DNA of 64,000 nt, taken from contig JAQUPE010000001.1 of assembly GCA_028716745.1 (NCBI GenBank), forward strand, positions 30,203 through 94,202, read 5' to 3'. The notes under the pieces were generated by a model. The model saw only the letters and a program-made list of their open reading frames with translations, made no database searches and had not been told where the DNA came from. How positions within the stretch are numbered: the stretch's first letter is position 1; every line of letters begins with the position of its first letter. Both the position numbers and the translations under genes were made by a program. This document shows positions 20,953-30,203 of this stretch, in pieces. Origin of the DNA: Minisyncoccota bacterium (GTDB taxonomy: Bacteria > Patescibacteriota > Minisyncoccia > UBA6257 > 02-FULL-45-10c).

Positions 20953-21588
20953 ATGCGTTTCGATATTATTACAATTTTTCCCAATATCTTAGATTCTTAT
21001 TTTAACGAATCTATTTTAAAGCGTGCCGGTAAAAACGGTCTTGTTGAAATTAAAACTCATAATCTCCGTGATTTTACGGACGACAAGCATCATAAAGTTG
21101 ATGAAAGTCCTTATGGCGGAGGTCCCGGAATGGTTTTTAAAGTTGAGCCGATTGAGCAGGCGGTAAAAAGCGTTAAGAAACAGGCAGGCAATAAAAAAAG
21201 CAGAGTAATTTTATTTTCATTGCGTGGAGAAAAGTTTGATCAGAAAATTGCGCATCGTTTGGTCAAGTATGATCAATTGATATTTATTTGCGGGCGATAT
21301 GAGGGCGTGGACGAGAGGGTGGCGGAATATATTGCCGACGAAGAGATTTCCATAGGGGATTATGTTCTTTCCGGCGGAGAGCTGCCGGCGGCAATAGTGA
21401 CGGAGGCGGTGTCTCGGCTGGTCAAGGGAGTTTTGGGAAAGCATGATTCACTGGAAGAATTTAAGGGTTCATATCCGGTTTACACAAAGCCGGAAATAGT
21501 TAAAATTAAAGGAAAAAACAGAAAAGTCCCGGATGTTTTGCTTTCCGGAGACCATAAAAAGATAGAAGAATGGCGGAATAAGCGATAG
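20953..21588 (+). CDS. trmD: tRNA (guanine-N1)-methyltransferase
   Basis: PYGGGPGMV, CGRYEGVDER, SIGDYVLSGGE. Confidence 0.98.
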   Translation: MRFDIITIFPNILDSYFNESILKRAGKNGLVEIKTHNLRDFTDDKHHKVDESPYGGGPGMVFKVEPIEQAVKSVKKQAGNKKSRVILFSLRGEKFDQKIAHRLVKYDQLIFICGRYEGVDERVAEYIADEEISIGDYVLSGGELPAAIVTEAVSRLVKGVLGKHDSLEEFKGSYPVYTKPEIVKIKGKNRKVPDVLLSGDHKKIEEWRNKR

Positions 21589-21637
21589 GATTATCCTCTT
21601 GTCTTATTTTAAAATATTTTATATACTACAAACTCAT

Positions 21638-22405
21638 ATGGAAGAAATAGCATTAACAGACGTAATAGTTGAAAAAGAAGCCTCTCCGGCCGAATTAATG
21701 GCGCTGGAGGAAATGATGAAAGCAGGGCTTTTTTGGGGACGCAGAAAGGCAAAGACCCATCCAAGGATGAAGTCTTTTGTTTTTGCTACCCGCAATGGAA
21801 TAGAGATTATAGATCTTCATCAAACCAAACAGCTTTTTGAAGAATCATTGGATTTCATCAAATCCAAGATAGCCGATGGAGGATCTGTTTTATTGGTAGG
21901 CACGACTCCGGCGGCTAAAGCCGTTACCGAAGAATTTGCCAAGAAATTAAATTGGCCATACGTTGCTGAGCGCTGGCTCGGAGGAATATTGACCAACTTC
22001 AAAACTCTTTCAAAGAGGATTAGCTATTTCAAGAAATTAAAAACCGATAAAGCGGCCGGAAGATTCGAAAAACTTACAAAGAAAGAAAGGCTTAACATTG
22101 ATCGCGAAATTGAAGAATTAACAATCAAATTCAGCGGTGTTGAAAATATGGAAAAATTGCCGGCAGTAGTTTTTGTTATTGGAGCTACAGAGCATTTAAC
22201 AGCGGTTAAAGAAGCCAAGATAATGAAAATCCCTGTAGTGGCGATGGTAAATACTGATTTTAATCCGGAGATAGTTGATTATGCGATTCCTTCAAATGAT
22301 CGCAGCAAACCGGCTATTGAGTGGGTATTATCTAAATTGGAGACAGCTAGTGAAGAGGCTAAAAAGCAAATTGTAGAAAAAAACGATTTAACTAAACAAA
22401 AATAA
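21638..22405 (+). CDS. rpsB: 30S ribosomal protein S2
   Basis: HPRMK, NGIEIIDL, ERWLGGILTN; ATG 21638 preferred over the track's TTG 21599. Confidence 0.96.
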   Translation: MEEIALTDVIVEKEASPAELMALEEMMKAGLFWGRRKAKTHPRMKSFVFATRNGIEIIDLHQTKQLFEESLDFIKSKIADGGSVLLVGTTPAAKAVTEEFAKKLNWPYVAERWLGGILTNFKTLSKRISYFKKLKTDKAAGRFEKLTKKERLNIDREIEELTIKFSGVENMEKLPAVVFVIGATEHLTAVKEAKIMKIPVVAMVNTDFNPEIVDYAIPSNDRSKPAIEWVLSKLETASEEAKKQIVEKNDLTKQK

Positions 22406-22406
22406 A

Positions 22407-22850
22407 ATGGCAAAAGAGGACGTTCAAAAGTTAAGAGAAGAGACCGGCGCAGGAGTAATGGATTGCAAAAAGGCGCTTGAGGATGCCGGAGGTGATTTTG
22501 AAAAAGCCAAAGGATTAATTAATGAAAGAGGATTGCTTAAAGCAGATAAAAAGAGCGAGCGTGCAACTGGCGCGGGAATTTTGGAGACATATATCCATAG
22601 CGGAAGAGTAGGCGTCCTTTTGGAATTGCGCTGCGAAACCGATTTTGCGGCTCATTCTCAGCCAATGAAAGATTTGGCCCATGAATTAGTTATGCATATT
22701 GCGGCTATGAATCCTGAAAGCAACGAGGCTCTTTTAGCTCAGCCCTTTATCAAGGATGAATCTCAGACTATAGAAAATATTATAAAGCTGACAACGGCTA
22801 AGGTTGGTGAAAATATAAAGGTAGGCCGCTTTACAAGATACGCGCTTTAA
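22407..22850 (+). CDS. tsf: Elongation factor Ts (short form)
   Basis: LREETGAGVMDCKKAL, ELRCETDFAA. Confidence 0.96.
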   Translation: MAKEDVQKLREETGAGVMDCKKALEDAGGDFEKAKGLINERGLLKADKKSERATGAGILETYIHSGRVGVLLELRCETDFAAHSQPMKDLAHELVMHIAAMNPESNEALLAQPFIKDESQTIENIIKLTTAKVGENIKVGRFTRYAL

Positions 22851-22914
22851 ATTTGAATATCCCGATAATCATCGGGGCATTCAAATCTGTGGTAGAATTT
22901 ATAAATAAATCAGT

Positions 22915-23271
22915 ATGTACGACTTTCTTCTTCAGACTTTTATAATGGCGAGCTTGGCAGTTATGATCTATTTAATTGCCAAAACTATTCCTCGCGTAAG
23001 CGAGCTGGCAACAACTTCCGAAAAGAAAGGTTTTTTAGAGAGCTTTTTTAAAAAGATCCCCTGGCACAAAATAGATTTTTTCCTTGAATCTATGGGAGAA
23101 AAAATGTTGAGGAAGCTCAAGGTTTTTCTTTTAAGGATAGACAATGTTGTAAGTAAGCGTTTAAATAAATTCCGAACAGCTGATAATGAAAAGGCTAATT
23201 TTAAGCCCGATATTTTCGGAGGGGAGAAGGAGGTTGAAAATAAATCCGAAAACAATACAATAAAGGAGTAA
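22915..23271 (+). CDS. Conserved hypothetical membrane protein
   Basis: N-terminal TM helix; EK.LRKLKV.LLRIDN. Confidence 0.7.
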   Translation: MYDFLLQTFIMASLAVMIYLIAKTIPRVSELATTSEKKGFLESFFKKIPWHKIDFFLESMGEKMLRKLKVFLLRIDNVVSKRLNKFRTADNEKANFKPDIFGGEKEVENKSENNTIKE

Positions 23272-23310
23272 TTAGAGTATTCTAATACACCGCTTAAAAA
23301 ACTAATAAAT

Positions 23311-23393
23311 GGGCGCTTCGCATAGCGGCAATTGCATGTGGCTGTAGACCACACGTCCTTGTGACTACGGGGGTTCGAGTCCCTCAGCGCCCA
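23311..23393 (+). tRNA. tRNA-Tyr(GTA)
   Basis: Acceptor GGGCGCT/AGCGCCC, anticodon arm TGTGG-CTGTAGA-CCACA, long variable arm. Confidence 0.95.
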
Positions 23394-23431
23394 CACTTCG
23401 CCCGCCGCAGCGGATTAGTAAGGCGGAGAAT

Positions 23432-23503
23432 GCCACCTTAGCTCAGCGGTAGAGCAGCACTTTTGTAAAGTGAAGGTCCTCGGTTCAAATCCGAGAGGTG
23501 GCT
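23432..23503 (+). tRNA. tRNA-Thr(TGT)
   Basis: Acceptor GCCACCT/AGGTGGC, anticodon loop TTTGTAA. Confidence 0.95.
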
Positions 23504-23560
23504 CAAATTCACGGTAGTGAATTTGCCTTGATAATTATCGGGGCATACAATTAAAAAATT

Positions 23561-23632
23561 GCCGATGTAGCTCAGTGGTAGAGCAACTCCATGGTAAGGA
23601 GTAGGTCGTCAGTTCAATCCTGACCATCGGCT
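23561..23632 (+). tRNA. tRNA-Thr(GGT)
   Basis: Acceptor GCCGATG/CATCGGC, anticodon arm ACTCC-ATGGTAA-GGAGT. Confidence 0.96.
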
Positions 23633-23683
23633 CAGACGGAATAATCATTGATTTTTATCTGATTATCTGTTAAATTAAAACCT

Positions 23684-23854
23684 ATGTCAGAATCAAAAGC
23701 ATTAGTAAATTCAGTTAAGTTGAGGTGCGACGCCTGCAAGAGGGTCAATTATTATACTCGCAAAAACAAGAAATTGGTTGAAAGGAAAATAGATACAAAA
23801 AAATTCTGCAATTGGTGCAGGAAGCATACAAAGCATAAAGAGGCTAAAAGATAA
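23684..23854 (+). CDS. rpmG: 50S ribosomal protein L33, Zn-binding type (absent from the ORF track)
   Basis: Hand translation: MSESKALVNSVKLRCDACKRVNYYTRKNKKLVERKIDTKKFCNWCRKHTKHKEAKR. Confidence 0.96.
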   Translation: MSESKALVNSVKLRCDACKRVNYYTRKNKKLVERKIDTKKFCNWCRKHTKHKEAKR

Positions 23855-23912
23855 ATAGAAAATGGGCGCAATTGCCCATTTTTTATTTTTAATCTAAAAT
23901 AAGCATTATTAA

Positions 23913-23984
23913 GGGCGCGTCGTCCAATGGCTAGGACTCTGGTCTCCAAAACCAGTTATGAGGGTTCGAATCCTTCCGCGCCCG
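23913..23984 (+). tRNA. tRNA-Trp(CCA)
   Basis: Acceptor GGGCGCG/CGCGCCC, anticodon arm CTGGT-CTCCAAA-ACCAG. Confidence 0.96.
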
Positions 23985-24165
23985 CAATTTAGCTCAGAAT
24001 ATCAAGAACCTTGCTATGGCACACAGATTATGATGTGTGAGTATTTTTGTTTAGAAAATTTTTATTTGACTAAATATTAATTATGTGCTGTTATATAAAT
24101 AGCAATTTGAGATTACAGAGTCTCAAAATTTAAAATAAAAAATAGTTAATAGGGAGAGTGAAAAT

Positions 24166-24591
24166 ATGGATATGGAAAGGGCAATTGCAGAAATAATAGT
24201 CGCAATAGGTTTAGTTGCTGCAATATCTTGGTTCTGGTCTATAATCAATGAAAAGGAAGAGCCGAATAAGGAGGAAGAGCTTGAGGGGAGCGTAGGGCCG
24301 TCAGAGTTATGCTCTAAGTGTGTACATCTTGAATCATCTTGTAAAACACACAATACCTATGGCAGATATCTTTTTGCAAATAGAACGCTTTGCCATTATC
24401 GAGCGATACAACACTCTTTTAAGATATATTTTGTAAATGGTAAAGAGATGGAAGTGGAGTTGGAATGTAACGCAAGCTCCGAAAATATTACAAGTTATAT
24501 AGAAAAGGAGGCTAAAAATATAGGTATTGCCGGGATATATATAGGTAATATTTATTATCCTCCACAATCAATATCAAAGGTAATATATTAA
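24166..24591 (+). CDS. Hypothetical membrane-anchored protein with Cys/His cluster (orphan cassette)
   Basis: TM helix, CSKCVH..C..H...CH; SD GGGAG; terminator near 24602..24628. Confidence 0.65.
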   Translation: MDMERAIAEIIVAIGLVAAISWFWSIINEKEEPNKEEELEGSVGPSELCSKCVHLESSCKTHNTYGRYLFANRTLCHYRAIQHSFKIYFVNGKEMEVELECNASSENITSYIEKEAKNIGIAGIYIGNIYYPPQSISKVIY

Positions 24592-24704
24592 GTATCTGTG
24601 CCCCATAGTTAAAAGCTGTGGGTTTTTTATTTGAAAAATTGCTTTGATCAGTATTTTTAGATAAGATTAATTTAATATCGAAAGATCTTTAATAGGAGGA
24701 AATA

Positions 24705-24953
24705 ATGTATAGATTAAGCAGGAAGCTTTTTTGGCAAATCATACGTAAATCTTTTAAGGAAACTTTTCTGGAAATAGCGTTATTTCTGGCAATACTTTGG
24801 GGATCGTCTTTTATTTTTTGGCTCGCGATTCGTTTTATTTTCGGAGCCAAAGCCGGTTTCTTCACGGTATTCAGCTGGTATTCGGCGCTTATATGTTTGG
24901 CGATTTTGATGCGAAAAATCTACAAGCATACGCCGCTGGAAAAAGAACAGTAA
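24705..24953 (+). CDS. Small 2-TM protein (orphan cassette)
   Basis: SD AGGAGG; terminator GGGCC/GGCCC near 24970..24990. Confidence 0.65.
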   Translation: MYRLSRKLFWQIIRKSFKETFLEIALFLAILWGSSFIFWLAIRFIFGAKAGFFTVFSWYSALICLAILMRKIYKHTPLEKEQ

Positions 24954-25055
24954 TAACAATGCAGCAACAGGGCCCACATGGCCCCTTTTTATTTTTAAAT
25001 AAAAAAAGCCCCCGGAAACTTCCAGGGGAACATATTGTGTCGCGTTTTCTTGTGT

Positions 25056-25523
25056 TTAGGAAAAGCGGCTGAGCCTTATAATCGTTACGCCTCCTAGGCC
25101 TTCTTGTCTTGGAACCTCTACTACCTTGAAGCCCTTCCGAATACTCAGGCAGGCTATCTCAGGGAACCGTTTCCTGACAGACATCCACATCAGCGTGTCG
25201 GCTATTTCCATCTTCGTTTTGATCTCCAGGAAGCTCCGGTTGAATTTCTTGACGAGCTCCTTCTCCTTTTTCGGTTCTTTCCCGATCAGTTTATCGGCGT
25301 CTTTCATCAGCTTCATGGCCTTGTCATGCTGCTGATCCATAAAGACATCCATGGCCTTTTCGAGATCGGTCATGTCGCCGAGCACCTTTTCTTTCTCGCC
25401 GATTTCGCTGCCGGCGTCTTCGAACTTTCCGCTGTTTATGATAATGCCGATTTCCTCAAGCATTTCTCCCGCGAGTCCGTCGATAGATACCTTGCTGCCG
25501 TTTTTTAAAAGAACTTCTGCCAT
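25056..25523 (-). CDS. Hypothetical protein (orphan cassette)
   Basis: SD AAGGAGGG precedes ATG 25523 (MAEVLLK...); GC-rich codons; LSIRKGFKVV C-terminal motif. Confidence 0.75.
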   Translation of the reverse strand: MAEVLLKNGSKVSIDGLAGEMLEEIGIIINSGKFEDAGSEIGEKEKVLGDMTDLEKAMDVFMDQQHDKAMKLMKDADKLIGKEPKKEKELVKKFNRSFLEIKTKMEIADTLMWMSVRKRFPEIACLSIRKGFKVVEVPRQEGLGGVTIIRLSRFS

Positions 25524-25632
25524 TGCTCCCTCCTTTGGGAATTTTATTTGCAACAGAAGTTTTATTATAGATATTATTATAAAATTGTCAATATAATTTA
25601 CTTAAAAAGAGATTTTTTGATAAAATAAACCA

Positions 25633-26163
25633 ATGGACAATATAAAAAACAAAATTAGGGAAGTGCAGGACTGGCCGAAGAAGGGGATAAATTTTAAGGA
25701 CATAACCACTCTTTTGCAGGACAAAGATACATTTAAAAAGGTTATTGATTCGCTGGCGGATTTTTTTGTTAATGAAAAAATAGACAAGGTTGTCGGAATA
25801 GACGCCAGAGGATTTTTAGTTGCTTCGCCGCTGGCCTATAAATTAAATGCCGGGCTGGTAATCGTCAGGAAGCCGGGCAAGCTTCCGTTCTCCACAATCC
25901 AGCAGGAATATACTTTGGAATATGGAAAAGATGTTTTGCAAATGCACACAGATGCGATTTTAAAAGGCGAAAAAGTTATTTTAATTGATGATTTGATTGC
26001 TACCGGAGGAACAGCGATGGCGACGTGTAATTTAATTGAAAAGCTTGGCGGAAAGGTGGCTGGAGTCGGATGCATTATTGATTTGCCATTTTTAAACGGT
26101 TCAAAAAAATTGGAAGATAAAGGCTATAAAGTTAAAAGTTTAATAACCTATGACAGCGAATAA
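25633..26163 (+). CDS. apt: Adenine phosphoribosyltransferase
   Basis: [39 protein letters not shown]. Confidence 0.97.
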   Translation: MDNIKNKIREVQDWPKKGINFKDITTLLQDKDTFKKVIDSLADFFVNEKIDKVVGIDARGFLVASPLAYKLNAGLVIVRKPGKLPFSTIQQEYTLEYGKDVLQMHTDAILKGEKVILIDDLIATGGTAMATCNLIEKLGGKVAGVGCIIDLPFLNGSKKLEDKGYKVKSLITYDSE

Positions 26164-26929
26164 AATTAAAATCGCCATAATCGGGGGGAGCGGATTGGAC
26201 GATCCGAAGATTTTAAAAAATCCGCAAGAAGTTGAAATAGAAACACCTTTCGGCGCCCCTGCCAGCAAATTGATTACGGGGCAAATTGCTGGACAAGATG
26301 TCGTTGTTTTGGCGCGCCACGGGAAAAATCACAGCATTATGCCGACCAAGGTTCCTTTCCGCGCTAATATTTGGGCGTTGAAGGAAATCGGCTGTACCCA
26401 TATTTTGGCGACTACGGCCTGCGGTTCGCTCAGAGAAGAAATTAAACCGAAAGAACTTGTTTTTATGGATCAGTTTATTGATTTCACAAAGCATCGCAAC
26501 TTAACTTTTTTTGAAGATAAAGTTATTCATACGCCGATGGCGGATCCGTTTTGCCCGAAGCTAAGAGACCTGTTAATAAAAACCGCCGAAGATTTAAAAC
26601 TTCCTCATCACAAAAAGGGAACTAATGTAACAATAGAGGGCCCTCGTTTTTCTACTCGCGCAGAAAGCCATATGTTCAGGACGCTTGGAGCCGATATTAT
26701 AAATATGAGCACCGTACCGGAGGTTATTTTAGCTAGAGAGCTGGGGATTTGTTATGCGAGTATTGCTATGGCGACGGATTATGATTGCTGGAAGAAGGGC
26801 GAAGAATCGGTGACTTGGGAAATGATTTTAGAGAATATGAAGCACAATGCCGAGAATGTTAAGAAATTATTATTGGAAGTCATACCTAAAATTGATTATT
26901 TGGAGTGTTCTTGCGAGCAGCCGCATTAA
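26150..26929 (+). CDS. mtnP: S-methyl-5'-thioadenosine phosphorylase
   Basis: [28 protein letters not shown]. Confidence 0.95.
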   Translation: MTANKIKIAIIGGSGLDDPKILKNPQEVEIETPFGAPASKLITGQIAGQDVVVLARHGKNHSIMPTKVPFRANIWALKEIGCTHILATTACGSLREEIKPKELVFMDQFIDFTKHRNLTFFEDKVIHTPMADPFCPKLRDLLIKTAEDLKLPHHKKGTNVTIEGPRFSTRAESHMFRTLGADIINMSTVPEVILARELGICYASIAMATDYDCWKKGEESVTWEMILENMKHNAENVKKLLLEVIPKIDYLECSCEQPH

Positions 26930-26950
26930 AATTTTGTTATAATTAACATT

Positions 26951-27919
26951 ATGAATAAAAAAGGATTTATTGAGATGCCGGTTTTAATAGCTATTATTAC
27001 GGGAATTATTGTAGTTGGAAGCGCCGGATATCTTGGAATAGGGAAATATATGGCTGGAAAGTCCAATAGGGCGACAACCACTCAGGAAGTGCTTTGCTCT
27101 AAAAAAGACGGAGCCAAGAAAATGAATATGGAGGAGGCGAAGCAGATTGCTGCCAAGAGCGAATGCGGGAATAAATTTTTGGAAGGAGTTGTTTGTAACG
27201 ATAATTCCGGAACATGGTGGTTTAACTTGGATATTAAAAAGCAGGGATGCAGCCCCGCCTGTGTTATTGATGTAGAAACGAAAAAAGCGGAAATAAATTG
27301 GAGATGCACGGGTTTGATTATACCGGAAGCCGGTAAAACCAATACGGCTACAGAAGCCCCGAAAACAACTGCGCCGGCGACCAAGCCGTCCAGCAAGCCG
27401 GTAACTTCCGGAACTACAACCACTACTACCAACACAACAGCTCAAACCGGCTCGCAGGCGACTACCACACAAACTACAACGGCAACAACTACGCCAGCGA
27501 CAACCGCTACGACTACGCCGACAACTTCTACAACAACTACCGCCACTACCACTACCACAACCACAACAACGCCTGCGGTTTCTGCCACCACCACTTCTTT
27601 TACTCCGAAAATTTCTTCTAATATAACAACCACTCCGACAATCGCCTCAAATGGCAGTCCGGCTATAATTTTGGCTTTTGATACGGATAAAGAATGTGTC
27701 AGCACATTTTATTATTGGATAGATCCAAGCTATATCAGTACAAATAAGGGCCGTTATTTGGATAATCAGATTAATCATTCCGCGATTTTATATAACCTTG
27801 ATAATCTTAGTGAGGTTTATAATTGGAAAGCGAAATGTGTTGCGGTTGACGCCTCTTATGTGGAAACAGGAAACTTAACTTTCCAGCTAGAACATGCCTC
27901 TTCGTTTCCAGCTCCGTAA
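26951..27919 (+). CDS. Prepilin-signal surface protein with Cys-rich domain and Thr-rich linker
   Basis: NKKGF N-terminus, GC.PACV....AEINWRCTGLI domain, about 90-aa Thr-rich tract. Confidence 0.8.
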   Translation: MNKKGFIEMPVLIAIITGIIVVGSAGYLGIGKYMAGKSNRATTTQEVLCSKKDGAKKMNMEEAKQIAAKSECGNKFLEGVVCNDNSGTWWFNLDIKKQGCSPACVIDVETKKAEINWRCTGLIIPEAGKTNTATEAPKTTAPATKPSSKPVTSGTTTTTTNTTAQTGSQATTTQTTTATTTPATTATTTPTTSTTTTATTTTTTTTTPAVSATTTSFTPKISSNITTTPTIASNGSPAIILAFDTDKECVSTFYYWIDPSYISTNKGRYLDNQINHSAILYNLDNLSEVYNWKAKCVAVDASYVETGNLTFQLEHASSFPAP

Positions 27920-27930
27920 ATAAATATTTT

Positions 27931-28587
27931 ATGGCTACTTATGAAGATCTAATACAAGGGTTAGTTAAAGACGGCTATTTGAAAACGCCGGCGATAATTG
28001 ACGCATTTAAGGCGATAGACCGCAAAGATTTTTTGCCAAATGAAATGCAAGACAAGGCGTATGAAAATACAGCTTTGCCGATTGGACATAGCCAGACAAT
28101 ATCTCAGCCGCTGGTGGTAGCGTTTATGCTTGAATTATTGAATATAAAGCCGGGAGAAAAGATTTTGGAAATAGGCACAGGCTCCGGATGGCAAACCGCC
28201 ATAATTGCTCACGTTGTAAGTCATATTCAAACGGCAGGCGAGGGAGGCTGGCAGAAAAATATAGTTTCCGTTGAGCGCGTAAAAGAGCTTCATGATTTTT
28301 CCAGAGAAAGAATAGCTAAATATGGCTATGAAAAAGACGGGCTGGTGGAGTTGGTTTTGGGAGATGGATCTTTGGGTCATCCGGTTGGCGCGCCTTATGA
28401 TAAAATAATTGCCGCCGCTTCGGCTGCTGAAATGCCGGAGGCATGGAAGGATCAGTTGAAGATTGGGGGAAAGATAGTGGCGCCGGTAAAAGAAAGTATT
28501 ATTGTTTTAGAAAAAACCGCCAAGGATAAAATGGAAATGAAAGAGTATTTTGGATTTAGTTTCGTGCCGTTAATTCCCAAGCCTTAA
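27931..28587 (+). CDS. pcm: Protein-L-isoaspartate O-methyltransferase
   Basis: QTISQP, LEIGTGSGWQTA, GDGSLG...APYDKI. Confidence 0.95.
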   Translation: MATYEDLIQGLVKDGYLKTPAIIDAFKAIDRKDFLPNEMQDKAYENTALPIGHSQTISQPLVVAFMLELLNIKPGEKILEIGTGSGWQTAIIAHVVSHIQTAGEGGWQKNIVSVERVKELHDFSRERIAKYGYEKDGLVELVLGDGSLGHPVGAPYDKIIAAASAAEMPEAWKDQLKIGGKIVAPVKESIIVLEKTAKDKMEMKEYFGFSFVPLIPKP

Positions 28588-28631
28588 TGGGGTGAGGGAG
28601 AGTAGGCGGGGGCAAAAATGAGGAAAGAAAA

Positions 28632-28673
28632 AGTTGTATATTATATGATAATTGTCACATATAATATACAACT
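28632..28673. repeat. 42-bp palindromic site, copy 1
   Basis: AGTTGTATATTATATG-ATAATTGTCA-CATATAATATACAACT: perfect 16-bp inverted arms with a 10-bp spacer. Confidence 0.9.
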
Positions 28674-28725
28674 CAAGATTTGAGGGTGGGAGAGAGGGGA
28701 TGGAAAAGAAAAAAGGAAAAATGGA

Positions 28726-28767
28726 GGTTGTATAGTATATGATAATTGTAACATATAGTATACAGGT
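28726..28767. repeat. 42-bp palindromic site, copy 2
   Basis: GGTTGTATAGTATATG-ATAATTGTAA-CATATAGTATACAGGT. Confidence 0.88.
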
Positions 28768-28810
28768 TGGAGATTGAGGGGCGGAGGGGAAATGGGTGGG
28801 GGCGGTGGGG

Positions 28811-28839
28811 TTGACACTAAGTTTTCAATATAATATATT
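28811..28839 (+). promoter_or_regulatory. rplJL promoter
   Basis: TTGACA-17 bp-TATATT. Confidence 0.7.
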
Positions 28840-28847
28840 AAAAGTAA

Positions 28848-28935
28848 TCCGTAGACCGTAGGCGAACAATAAGTCCTACCGAGGAATTAAGCCAAAACGA
28901 TTTTTGGCGTTTCTACGGACCACTAAAGGTCCATT
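28848..28935 (+). promoter_or_regulatory. L10 leader (ribosomal protein autoregulatory RNA)
   Basis: CCGTAGACCGTAGG...CCTACCGAGG...CTACGG pairing upstream of rplJ, matching L10-leader architecture. Confidence 0.75.
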
Positions 28936-28953
28936 TTTATTAATCAAAAATAT

Positions 28954-29475
28954 ATGCCGTTAACTAAAGCTAAAAAGAAAGAGTATATAGATTTAGGGGT
29001 AAGCAAGATAAAGGACAGCAAGAGCCTTATTTTTGCCGATTTTAACAAGGTTGGAGTGGAAGATGTGAAAAGACTTAGACGAGAGCTTAGAAAGCAAGGC
29101 GTGGACTTCAGGGTCATCAAAAAGCGTTTGCTTAAAATTGCCCTTAAAGATTCCGGATTGGATTTTGATCCATCTCAGATTAAAACTCAGATGGGAACAT
29201 TTTTTATCCCGGAGGATTTAAGCTCAATAGCTTCGGTAATTTATAAATTCTCAAAAGAAATTGAAAAAGGAAAGAAAGGAGAATTTAAAATATTAGGCGG
29301 AGTTGATGTGTCGGAAAAGAAATTTGTTGAAGCGCTTGAAGTTATCGCGATAGCCAAGTTGCCGAGCAGAGAAGTGTTGTTGTCTCAAATCGCTATGCTT
29401 CTTACGATGCCGTTAAAACAATTAATGCAGGCGTTAAATGAAAAGGCTAAACAGCCGGAGGCTGTTGCCAAATAG
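28954..29475 (+). CDS. rplJ: 50S ribosomal protein L10
   Basis: LRRELR..VIKKRL, IAKLPSREVLL. Confidence 0.96.
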   Translation: MPLTKAKKKEYIDLGVSKIKDSKSLIFADFNKVGVEDVKRLRRELRKQGVDFRVIKKRLLKIALKDSGLDFDPSQIKTQMGTFFIPEDLSSIASVIYKFSKEIEKGKKGEFKILGGVDVSEKKFVEALEVIAIAKLPSREVLLSQIAMLLTMPLKQLMQALNEKAKQPEAVAK

Positions 29476-29483
29476 AGGTCGAA

Positions 29484-29554
29484 CCGGGTAGTGAAAACTC
29501 GATTTGCCCCGCAATGCGGGGCGAGTCAAAAGCAATCGAGTTTCTACTACCCGG
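29484..29554. repeat. Nested long hairpin in the rplJ-rplL spacer
   Basis: CCGGGTAGTGAAAACTCGATT / AATCGAGTTTCTACTACCCGG enclosing GCCCCGCAATGCGGGGC. Confidence 0.8.
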
Positions 29555-29584
29555 GAGAAATTAATAATTAACTAAATTAAAACT

Positions 29585-29950
29585 ATGGAAAAATATAAAG
29601 ACATTTTAGAAAAAATCGCGGAAATGAAAGTGACCGAACTCGGAGAATTGGTTAAGGCCATTGAGGAAAAATTTGGAGTTTCTGCTTCTATGCCGGTAAT
29701 GGCTGGAGGCGCAGCCGCTCCTGCCGAAGCTGAAGAAAAAACAGCTTGGAACGTTATGCTCAAGGCTGGAGGCGAACAGAAAATTCAGGTCATCAAGGTT
29801 TTGCGAGAAGTTACCGGTCTTGGCTTGAAAGAAGCTAAAGACATGGTAGACGGAGCTCCGAAAGTTGTGAAAGAGGGACTCAAGAAAGAAGATGCGGAAG
29901 AATTGAAAAAGAAATTGGAAGTAGCCGGAGCCACAGTAGAACTGCAGTAA
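29585..29950 (+). CDS. rplL: 50S ribosomal protein L7/L12
   Basis: [24 protein letters not shown]. Confidence 0.98.
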   Translation: MEKYKDILEKIAEMKVTELGELVKAIEEKFGVSASMPVMAGGAAAPAEAEEKTAWNVMLKAGGEQKIQVIKVLREVTGLGLKEAKDMVDGAPKVVKEGLKKEDAEELKKKLEVAGATVELQ

Positions 29951-30011
29951 AATTTATAAAAGACGCGCCGTTTGAAAACGGCGTGTTTTTTATTTATAGT
30001 AGTAGGGAAGC

Positions 30012-30083
30012 GGACGCATAGTTTATCGGTAAAACGTCGCATTCACATTGCGAAGACGATAGGTTCGACTCCTATTGCGTCCA
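30012..30083 (+). tRNA. tRNA-Val(CAC)
   Basis: Acceptor GGACGCA/TGCGTCC, anticodon arm TCGCA-TTCACAT-TGCGA. Confidence 0.93.
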
Positions 30084-30085
30084 CA

Positions 30086-30158
30086 ACGAGGTCACAGGTT
30101 TCCTGCCCGGCCGTAGCCCCGTAACGCGGGGCGAAGGAGGGGATCCCTGTATTGTCCA
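30086..30158 (+). pseudogene. 3' half of a second tRNA (Val-like) with a palindromic insertion in the T-loop
   Basis: GAGGTC-ACAGG-TT[about 40-nt insert]GATC-CCTGT-ATTGTCC-A. Confidence 0.7.
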
Positions 30159-30203
30159 CAGAAAATCGCTTTAATTGTGGGTTTTTGGTAGAATTATTAA
30201 AAC

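Noticed and set aside
20155-24000. Missing rimM, secE and tuf next to their usual neighbours; short tsf; tRNAs without CCA
   Set aside because: Consistent with ordinary rearrangement and reduction in this kind of genome. Absence cannot be judged from one window.
27330-27600. ACN-rich tandem repeat
   Set aside because: It encodes the Thr-rich linker of 26951..27919 with varied codons; not a DNA-level repeat.
28632-28767. CRISPR array or dif site
   Set aside because: Only two adjacent diverged copies with a low-complexity spacer and no cas genes. The resemblance to dif is limited to TGTATATTAT.
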